DNA from: Octopus bimaculoides
Taxonomy: Eukaryota
Reading direction: 5' to 3'
Assembly: GCF_001194135.2 (NCBI RefSeq)
Contig: NC_068988.1
Location: 77,209,556 to 77,247,801, forward strand
Length of the DNA: 38,246 bases
A model generated the notes under the pieces. That model saw only the letters and a program-made list of their open reading frames with translations. It had not been told where the DNA came from and ran no database searches. The position numbers and the translations under genes were made by a program. Below are positions 12,445 through 21,538 of this stretch, one piece after another (the first letter of the stretch is position 1; each line of letters opens with the position of its first letter).

Positions 12445-13023
12445 AAGAAATTGACACATACCCATGTTTGGGTTGTCCAAACCTTTTCAGACAAGACAGC
12501 TTTGCTGGAAAATGTAGTGTCTGTTGCATACTGTGCCTATCCAAGGCCTCTCAACTTTCTCCAACACCTTTGTGTTGACAGCAGCATTGACTCTTAAGTC
12601 CTATGAAAAAAAAAAAAGCGAGGAGGCTTGCCTCCTTTAGCTTTGATTTTCTCATTGAAGAGAAACAAAAGCATTCCAGCCTCTTAGTGTTTTAACTTGC
12701 TTAGTAAGTGCTTTTCATGGATTGAATGGGTCTCTCGTGTCATATCTGACTTAAACTGACCTCTGTATATCCAGATATCCTCATATACAACTCTTCCGAT
12801 GGTGCATTCTGACACCTTAGAATCATTTGCAATGTCTCTGATTGACTTTCCAGAACTTTTATCAATTCTTTCTTGGACTTTTTGTACAAAGTTATGTGTT
12901 GTGATTGTATTAGGATCCTGTGTATGCATTTTGTGTTTAACAGCTGATGTTGGATTCCCTTCAGCAGCTTCCAGCTTCTTAGGAACTTTGACAATAAAGA
13001 ATCAAATAACTTTCCAGAAGTGA
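12445..13023 (-). pseudogene. Tc1/mariner-superfamily transposase relic, maT/DD37D-like
   Basis: FVQKVQERIDKSSGKSIRDIANDSKVSECTIGRVVYEDI..RGQFKSDMTRE..LLSKLKH, then RPWIGTVCNRHYIFQQ; resembles DD37D (maT) transposases from recall. No TIRs seen. Confidence 0.7.
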
Positions 13024-13177
13024 GCTATCTTATATCATTCTGCTGTGCTTTAAGGTAAATGATTAGTGTGCCTTTCTGTTTTGCTGAGTTAACTTGATGA
13101 TATCTGATAAAAAGTAAGATGGAAGTTAGAGCTCTTGAATAATGTGTTCTCAAAAAGCTGACACCCTGTGTTATCGT

Positions 13178-13324
13178 CATCATCATCATCAACATCATCA
13201 ACATTTAATGTCCATTTTCCATGCTGGCACATGGTTTGGACAGGAGCTGACCAGCTGCAGGGCTGTTCAGGCCCCATGTCTGATTTGGCATGGTTTCTAT
13301 GGCTGGATGCCCTTCCTAATGCCA
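13178..13324 (-). mobile_element. Diverged RTE/SINE-type 3' tail with (GAT)n
   Basis: catcatc..tttaatgtccattttccatgctggc..tggatgcccttcctaatgcca, similar to but more diverged than 2871-3018. Confidence 0.7.
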
Positions 13325-13368
13325 TATGTATATAACAATATAAAGAAATATATACATACATATATATG

Positions 13369-14132
13369 CTAGAATTGAAAGATGTGCATGTTCAAAAGGG
13401 TTACAGAATGTCATAATAAACTTTAAAAAATATGGGACTAGCAGCATTGTTCCTCAAAATATTGGAATCACAATATGTTGTACATTCTGTGTCATCTTAA
13501 AATGAAAAGAGACTCATGTGTGAATTACAATGTCATGGTAATTATTAAACTGAGTTCTTAACATAAAAATTTGAAAATGTACAAAATATGATCTTTAACT
13601 TTGAATAAATAAATTCATTATTATACTCTTCATACCAAAGTATATAAAAAAACATATTTCACACTGCATGCAAATTACCATGATAATGAAAAAAAAATGT
13701 GGATTTATGATGAAGTCAAATCTATATAAAATCGAAAGTACGAAACTGAAATAATTATAAGCAAAGATAATTTACATTATGATACACATCTTAATGCAAT
13801 AGTTATGCAAATTGAGGAAATGATTACTAAATAATTTTTGATTGATTACTTGTAAATTTATAAAAATTATCATTCATAGATTGAATTATTACGTAAAGAG
13901 GACATTAATATTTGTACACCATTGTTTTGTTAAAACTGAGTATACGATGATTTGACTTAATTCATTTTTAATATGATTTAATTTCAATGAACTAAACAAA
14001 TAAAAAGATGCCACAGAATGTACAACATATAGTGATTCCAATATTTTTGAGCAACAATGCTAGTCCCATACTTTTAAAGGTTTATTTTGACATTCTGTAA
14101 CCCTTTTGAGCATGTGCATTTTTCAATTCTAG
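13369..14132. mobile_element. Non-coding element with about 130-bp terminal inverted repeats (MITE/foldback-like)
   Basis: 13369-13498 is a close reverse complement of 14005-14132; both ends read CTAG; AT-rich interior with no ORF in the track. Confidence 0.8.
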
Positions 14133-14197
14133 TTTTGTGCTTTTAAGGTAACACGTAATATTTTATATATGTACCGTATTTCTCATAATGGTGTGGC

Positions 14198-14808
14198 AGC
14201 TAATAGGTGTATGTCTGTGTGTGTGTGTGTGCGAGCTTGTTCTTTTGTGCGTGTATGTGCAGGAGTGTGTTCTTGTATAGTCCCACAGATCTTGTTTAAT
14301 TTAGCTTTAAAATTAATAGAAATCAATGTCATTTATATTTCTTTATTTCACATTTCCTTTAATCAATAGTAAGTGTTAATTTACATTTCTTCCTTTTCTC
14401 CAGGCATATTGCAATATTTCAGCTCTTTGATTTTGGCTTTTTGATGCATGTTGCAATATTTCAGCTCTTTAGTAGTTAAAAAAAAATCACATCGGCTATT
14501 ATAACTAATACAGCTTTTTTTGATGTTGATCTCATTTTCTTCTTGGAAATTTATGGATTTTACATACACAAATGAAGCACGTAAGAACAAATATGCAAGG
14601 ATTTTCTCAAGTTTAAAATGCGACATTGCTTTTGTTCTATCTACATTCAACACACATAAATATATAAAAACAAACATGCCTGCACTCACACACACACACA
14701 CACACACAAACACACACGCACGCACACACACACACACACATACATACACACACACGTATACCCAGTAGCTTCCTCTACACACATAAATACATAAAAACAG
14801 AACACGCT

Positions 14809-14851
<43 letters not shown>

Positions 14852-14890
14852 GAACAAGCATGCACACACACAGACGTACACCCATTAGCT
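14198..14890. repeat. Second inverted-repeat structure with microsatellite-containing arms
   Basis: agctaataggtgtatgtct(gt)n gcgagcttgttctt (14198-14244) pairs with aagaacaagcatgc(ac)n agacgtacacccattagct (about 14849-14890). Confidence 0.55.
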
Positions 14891-15653
14891 TCGTCTTCTA
14901 CTTTGACACATCAAACAGAACAAGCACACACAAAGGCAGCTCCATGCCAAACTATTGCTCATTGGTTGTTGATTGAAAATTAAACAATAAAATGCAATCA
15001 CCATGGCCCTCTTACACTTTTATTCACAAGCTAGGCATATATTGTCAGACATGCAGTAGACTCAGCAATAATCTTATGATGATATCTCCACAATGTGTTG
15101 ATGAGATAAACATGTAATCGCTACCAAAATAGCAAGAGATTATTGGGAAATCTTTCCCTTATGACAAAGGTAAGAGATATTGCTCGCCATGTAATCTAGA
15201 ATTATATGTTATATTATTCTCTAAGGGTAAGTTGATAAATAAACTCACATATAATGCTTTCAGATGTACCCATTATCCGAGACACACATTTCTCTGGTTT
15301 AAATGAGTTATAAATTTCAGTATGATCGGGTATTATAGTATATTTTAGTATAATATTAGGTTTTAAGGCAGGCCATATCAATGTATAATTTACCAATAGC
15401 AATTGTATTTGTGTTTGTGGATATTTGCTAAAGTTTCTAGAGATAATATAATTTAATTAAAATTTCCATTGATTTAGAAGTTATTTACCAGTAATCAATA
15501 TTTGTAATATGTGATTGTTTATAATTAATAATATTATGAGGGTTTTCTCCCTTGACATACCTTTATTTAAGGAGGAATTTATTTAAGGAGAAATTCGAAT
15601 ATGAACCAGACTTAGAGACGATGTTTTTGGTGTTTACTTTTTGCTCTTTACCT

Positions 15654-15750
15654 TTTACCCTGAAGATGTGTAAGGTAATTTATTTATTTATTTAACTTGA
15701 ATTTGACAGTTAAATATAACCTTATACAGAAATGTTTACATAGGAATAAA
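15654..15750 (+). ncRNA. Hammerhead ribozyme-like motif (type I topology)
   Basis: CTGAAGA 15660-15666; stem II 15667-15676/15719-15728 with an inner 9-bp stem; GAAA 15729-15732; 4-bp stem III; ATA triplet ending at 15742; bulged stem I. The 10.1-11.1 pair is U-A rather than G-C. Confidence 0.45.
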
Positions 15751-15825
15751 CTTCAATAATAATGAATATTAGCGTCAAAACTCTCATTTAAATTTTTTAA
15801 ATATATATATATATATATATATATA

Positions 15826-16463
15826 GTAACATTCCTTCTTTGGACACTATACTCCGCTTGTGAAGACCTGTTGAGGCAAGTGAAATCGAAATCGATCTCG
15901 AACTAAATTTGTAGACTGGCACCCATGCCAACGTCTTCATTAAATACTAAACTCTGCTTGCGAAGACCTGTTGGGGCAAGCGAAAGCGAAAGCGTGATGG
16001 CACCAATACCAGTAAATCACTAACAGCACCGTCCGAGTATGATCGTTGCCAGAGCACCAGCTGTCTGACTTCTGTGCCGGTGGCATGTAAATAGCACCAT
16101 TTGAGCATGACCATTACCAACGTCGCCTTCCTGGCACTCGTGCCAGTGGAACGTGAAAAGACATTCAAGCGAGTTCGTTGCCAGTCCCGCTGGACTGGCT
16201 CCTGTGCAGGTGACACGTAAAATACACCATTTCGAGTGTGGCCGTTGCCAGTACCTCCTGACTGGCTTTCGTGCCAGTGGCACGTAAAAGCACCCACTAC
16301 ACTCTCTGAGTGGTTGGCGTTAGGAAGGGCATCCAGCTGTAGAAACTCTGCCAAATCAGATTGGAGCCTGGTGTTGCCATCCGGTTTCGCCTGTCCTCAG
16401 TCAAATCGTCCAACCCATGCTAGCATGGAAAGCGGACGTTAAACGATGATGATGATGATGATG
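15826..16463 (+). mobile_element. RTE 3' UTR-only copy (or SINE sharing the RTE tail) with internal repeats and (GAT)n tail
   Basis: Last about 130 bp nearly identical to the reverse complement of 2890-3018; four about 65-bp units at 16041-16304; a duplicated actc(c/t)gcttg(t/c)gaagacctgttg(a/g)ggcaag block near 15850 and 15950. Confidence 0.85.
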
Positions 16464-16467
16464 AGTA

Positions 16468-16845
16468 GAGGCACAATAGCCCAGTGATTAGGGTGGAAGA
16501 CTCACGGTCGTAGGATCATGGTTTCATTTCCCAGGTCGGGTGTTGTGAGTGTTTATTGAGTGAAAACATCTAAAGCTCCACGAGGCTCTGGCAGGGGTGG
16601 TGTTGAACTCTGCTGTACTTTCACCACAACTTTCTTTCACTCTTTCTTCCTGTTTCTATTATACCTGTATTTCGAAGGGCCAGCCTTGTTACACTCTGTG
16701 TCATGCTGTATCTCCCCGAGAACTACATTAAGGGTACACATGTCTGTGGAGTGCTCAGCCACTAGCATGTTAATTTCATGAGCAGGCTGTTCCATTGATC
16801 GGATCAACTGGAAATTTCATCGTCGTAACTGACAGAGTGCCACAA
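16468..16845 (+). mobile_element. tRNA-derived SINE (type 2)
   Basis: Head GAGGCACAATAGCCCAGTGATTAGG..GGTTTCATTTCCCAGG has decayed A/B boxes, followed by a 300-bp unrelated body, so it is not a tRNA gene. Confidence 0.8.
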
Positions 16846-16849
16846 TTTA

Positions 16850-16888
<39 letters not shown>

Positions 16889-17329
16889 NNNNNNNNNNNN
16901 NNNNNNNNNNNNNNNNNNNNNNNNNNNNNNNNNNNNNNNNNNNNNNNNNNNNNNNNNNNNNNNNNNNNNNNNNNNNNNNNNNNNNNNNNNNNNNNNNNNN
17001 NNNNNNNNNNNNNNNNNNNNNNNNNNNNNNNNNNNNNNNNNNNNNNNNNNNNNNNNNNNNNNNNNNNNNNNNNNNNNNNNNNNNNNNNNNNNNNNNNNNN
17101 NNNNNNNNNNNNNNNNNNNNNNNNNNNNNNNNNNNNNNNNNNNNNNNNNNNNNNNNNNNNNNNNNNNNNNNNNNNNNNNNNNNNNNNNNNNNNNNNNNNN
17201 NNNNNNNNNNNNNNNNNNNNNNNNNNNNNNNNNNNNNNNNNNNNNNNNNNNNNNNNNNNNNNNNNNNNNNNNNNNNNNNNNNNNNNNNNNNNNNNNNNNN
17301 NNNNNNNNNNNNNNNNNNNNNNNNNNNNN
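16889..17329. other. Assembly gap (N run)
   Basis: N bases. Confidence 1.
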
Positions 17330-17597
17330 CAAGAACCAGTCCAGGGGCACTGGCAACGATCTTACTTGGCTTGCCGGGTCTTCTCACGCACAGCACATTT
17401 CCAAAGGTCTCGGTCAGTAGTCATCGCCTCGGTGAGGCCCAATGTACGAAGGTCTTGCCTCACCACCTCAGCCCAGGTCTTCCTGGGCCTACCTCTTCCA
17501 CGGGTTCCCTCAACTGTTAGGGTGTGGCACTTTTTCACGCAGCTATCCTCATCCATTCTCACCACATGTCCATACCAGCGCAATCGTCTCTCTTGCA
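17330..17597 (-). mobile_element. 5'-truncated RTE LINE (ORF2 C-terminus and start of 3' UTR)
   Basis: VQERRLRWYGHVVRMDEDSCVKKC..GRGRPRKTWAEVVRQDL..KTRQAK*; about 6 differences in about 180 nt from the copy at 3512-3693. Confidence 0.9.
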
Positions 17598-17608
17598 CAT
17601 ATATATAT

Positions 17609-17690
17609 ATTTTCCCTCTACCAAATCCACTCACAAGACTTTGGTCAGCCTAGGGCTATAGTAATAGACACATACCCAGTATAGTCCAGC
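17609..17690 (-). mobile_element. Fragment of SINE type 1 body
   Basis: taccaaatccactcacaagactttggtcagcctagggctatagta matches 8898-8945 and 28260-28302. Confidence 0.7.
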
Positions 17691-18481
17691 ATGGCAACAG
17701 CCTTTAGGTTGAATCATGTAAAGGATTATGCATGTATGAACATATGTATGAAGTGTGCAAAGTATGTCTTCGTGCATCACATGTTCTTTAATTTTTCTCA
17801 CCTTACAAACTACACCCAATCCTTTTTTTGCCAAAAGAAATCTCTATAAAACTTGAGTCCTCTTTTCTAAATGATGTCGCCATTAGCAAATCCATTTAGA
17901 AAGCCACTTTGTTCACTACACACTTTGTGTCCAACCCCATGCTTCATATACTAGACCAAGTTTCTTTAAATCAACCTCAATCCACTCTACTAGGTTCCCA
18001 ATTGTGCATGCACAAATTCATGGACTCATGCACACACAGACTCACACTAATACCTCCAGCCACTTCAAATAAACAAGGTCACTGACTTTGATAATTGTCT
18101 TTTTATTTCACTCATTCAAGTGATGAGTCCCAGAACAGGCTTTTTAATCTCTAACAGTATACTTCTTTAACTCAATTAACAATTGTCCCAGTGCTTTCCT
18201 CAAAAAGACAGTTGTTAGTATTCATGATCACTACACCTCTCTCTATGTATGTACTTATCTCTCATAGTATTACTGACTAAGGTAAGCATACTTCACTGAC
18301 GAGGTCTGTTAATGCTGAACCATGGTTGTTACAGTCACCACTTAAATTTGAAGGCTAGATTCACTCCAGTCTTTCTTGTTTCTATTGTCCAAGAATTTAG
18401 ATTAATTAGTCTTTTGGTTTTAGATAACATAAACTTTATGGAAGAAAGTTTTGCCTAAAAATTGCTTGAATAACCTCTCAT

Positions 18482-18526
<45 letters not shown>

Positions 18527-18839
18527 ATGAAAAATTTAATTTAATAATTCACGCAAATCACATCATGTAGCAAAAGGTAAAATTAATAAATTGAAAATGC
18601 ACTGAGCATTTTTGTCTAATTTCAAACAATATCACTTAATGTTTGTGCTTAATCTTAAAATACTGTTACAAATATAATCATAGAAATTTCCCTACAGGTG
18701 TCACTCTTAATTAAATATTATCAAGATCACTAAATGTGTTTAACAAGTTTTGTTACATGTTGTTACAAAATTTCAAAAATAATATAAAGACAAAATAAAA
18801 CAAGTATATTTAAATGTTATTCCAATAATGATAATAGTC

Positions 18840-19430
18840 ATAATTTTAAAAATAATTCAGAATAGTGACATTAAAAATGTTCTGATTACATGACACATAA
18901 TCCACATTATCAGAATATTTTAACATTGGTAAGTAAAGCTTACAAAGTAATGAGTTAAAGGGTTTAGTGACTGACGGAAACCTTATGCAATGTAAATGAC
19001 AGCTGAAGACCTTGAAATAATTTGGTTTATACAACAAGGAGTAGAATTACAATATCCAAGTACAATGACAATTGTGTAAGACATTTATGTATATTAATCA
19101 TTAGATCAACTCAAAGACTGAGAAAAAAGTATTTACACGAGGCAAATAAAATCTGCTAAAGCAGAAATATGATTTACAGTATTAAATGCCTAAATTGCAA
19201 AGAAATATATATTGGACGAATTAGAAACACATTAGTAGAGCTCATGCAAACATGCCAGCAACAAATTAGGGATTCTAATGTCAGACAAATCTCTCTTAAT
19301 GGTCATTTGGAAATATGCTGCACTAGTATTTTTAATATTCCTGTTTTATAAACATTATGACTGAAGTGAAGTTAAAAGAATGATAAAAGAAAGGAATTTT
19401 ATTGAAAAGTTCAAACTAGTGAAAATATGA
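18840..19430 (+). mobile_element. Penelope-like GIY-YIG endonuclease relic
   Basis: MIYSIKCLNCKEIYIGRIRNTLVELMQTCQQQIRD..LNGHLEIC (19169-19351) fits the IY-x-I-x-C-x2-C-x3-YIG pattern. The left boundary is approximate. Confidence 0.7.
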
Positions 19431-19777
19431 AAATCTGGCTATGCTGGAAATTAATTGACTCTCTCTCTCTCTCTCTCTCTCTTTCACACACACACTCACA
19501 TACACACACACACACACACTCAAGCACATACATACAATTCTATATGCATACATACATTTATATGCTTTAAACTGCTAACTAGTGAATGCGTTTCAGTGTC
19601 TGAATCTATGTTAGGATGTGACATGAAGTGTGGGGTGGTGGTGGTGGTGAGTGTGTAAGAAATGGAGGTAAAAGCAGTATGAGAGAAAGAGAGAGATAGA
19701 GATGTATGCTAAAATTGCAAATAACATTTAAAAATAAGTGTAAGAGTGTGAAATGGTAATGAAATATTTTAGAAAAG

Positions 19778-19841
19778 AGGTGGTGCTCCAGCATGGCCGC
19801 AGTCAAATGACTGAAACAAGTAAAAGAGTAAAAGAGTAAAG
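19778..19841 (+). mobile_element. 3' tail fragment of SINE type 1
   Basis: ggtgctccagcatggccgcagtcaaatgactgaaacaagtaaaagagtaaaagag is the reverse complement of the tails at about 8610-8660 and 27995-28045. Confidence 0.75.
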
Positions 19842-19948
19842 ATAATGATCTCACATGAAATGAAATTATCTTTCTAGCTAGGTCATATTACCTCACAAAT
19901 CAAATCAGTGAATCAATCTCTTCACTCCCCACTCTCTCTCACTCTCTT

Positions 19949-19978
<30 letters not shown>

Positions 19979-19981
<3 letters not shown>

Positions 19982-20048
19982 GGTAAGAATGAGTGATAAA
20001 GAGAGTGATAGAAAAACATCACTCTCTTTATCACTCATTGTTACCCCC
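19979..20048. repeat. Near-perfect 70-nt hairpin
   Basis: 31-bp arms 19979-20009 and 20018-20048, one mismatch, 8-nt loop AGAAAAAC. Confidence 0.9.
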
Positions 20049-20439
20049 TCTTTCTCTCACACTTCCACTTTTCTTCTCTCATTTATCTACTCCACTGATT
20101 TTTCTATTTATTTATTTAGTTTATTATAAATTCAGATTCTAGAATTTTCTTCAAAGAATTTTGAATTAAAGCATTATTACTTGGTTCTGATAGAGCAGAC
20201 ACGTGATCAACTATGTTCCAGCCATGACGTGTTTTATATCAGGGACTATAATCTAGAATATTGACTTCTTTATTTAAGACAGTAGTGTGATTTGAGGGAG
20301 ATTTGACTGTTATTTCTAGCTCATGAAAAGACTATTTCAAGACTCTATAACATGTTTGTATAATGGTCCTCTTATTAAGGGGCTAGCCAAATATATTAAA
20401 AGAGAAAGGTAGGGTGTAGGCCATTAGGACCCAGTTTAT

Positions 20440-21460
20440 AACCAGTATTTGTGTAATCAATATTAAAGAGAGAAACTAAATAAAATATTGTGTGTTGCAG
20501 GAGACATTCTGATGATCAGTTTGTGACCGAAAATATAGACAGTGCCACAGACACAAGCAAATGTTCTATAGAAACCAGTAACGACAAGCTTCTGACAGAA
20601 GCAGGTGTTCTATAGTGTAACTAGTAATGGGAATGCACTGACACAGACAGCTGTGTGTCAACAGTCTGGAGGATTTTGGTAATGGGCTTTTGATTGAGTG
20701 AGAGGATAGATTCAATCACCTACTTAGCTGTCATGGATTGACCAGTGGTGAAGTATATTTACTGCCAGGGAGAGTTTTATAAATTTGACAGCTCTAACAT
20801 GTTATGTGACTTAGAGTTCCATATAGTTCAGGATGTGTGTAATGGATTGTAATTGATTGATTGATTCTGAATGTGAAGAAATAGTAATGGTTTTGTAGAG
20901 ACTGTGATGATTAAGGGTGTTTGGATTGTCTGTGTGTCAATCAAGTATACATGTGTGGGATGATGATAATCATAGTAGTGATGACAAAACTCTGCTTCTT
21001 CATCAGCAGTATTGGAATGGGAGGATATTTAAGATAATAGTTGGTAGTACTAAGAGTGGGATGATATTCAAGATGTACCTGGGAAATTGTAATTATTCCA
21101 CTGAATGGGGATGTTCATTTAGTGAGAGATAAAATGAGATATAAGGATGCACTAGATGAGACAGAGTTAAACAGTTGCTAATCGCTAGACTGAGTACTGA
21201 GAGTGGTAGCAATAGCTGATGTATTTAGAGAAGTAATGGAGGGAAACTTTGAGCCAAAGTAACTGAAAGTCTTTACTGCTGATATCCAGAAGTGTAAGGT
21301 GAGTGATGGAGAGTGTATATTGTGTAGGCACCACATTTTGAAAAAAGTTTAGTGTACAGGTAACAGAGATGGGCCATAGATTGAAGCTGAAAGGTTCATG
21401 ACTGAATGAGATGGATGGTTTGAATATTAAGAAGAATGTTTGAAATTATGATTAAGGCTC
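20440..21460 (-). mobile_element. Heavily decayed LINE relic, possibly CR1-like (endonuclease/linker region)
   Basis: Strand-asymmetric composition and short minus-strand remnants such as HTCILD*HTDNPNTL, resembling the PT(R)IPD..NTLDL motif of CR1-type APE domains. Many stops; family call is tentative. Confidence 0.45.
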
Positions 21461-21538
21461 AAATTGACTTGAGTCTATGGATCAATGTTCAATAGTTGAA
21501 TGTAAGTCATATTTGAAATTGTTTCATTGATTATTTAA

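Noticed and set aside
16041-16304. CRISPR-like repeat array
   Set aside because: Eukaryotic context, diverged contiguous units without unique spacers, no cas genes; part of an RTE 3' UTR.
16468-16540. tRNA genes at SINE heads (also about 8965-9037, 24081-24170 and 30137-30213)
   Set aside because: Boxes and cloverleaf are degenerate, and each head runs into a SINE body or is truncated.
1266-17653. Long ORF-track entries containing X runs and HT/YI/CV/RE repeats
   Set aside because: Artefacts of reading through N gaps and dinucleotide microsatellites.
20501-20610. Plus-strand exon-like stretch after tgtgttgcag (RHSDDQFVTENID..)
   Set aside because: It lies antisense within the putative LINE relic and has no good donor.
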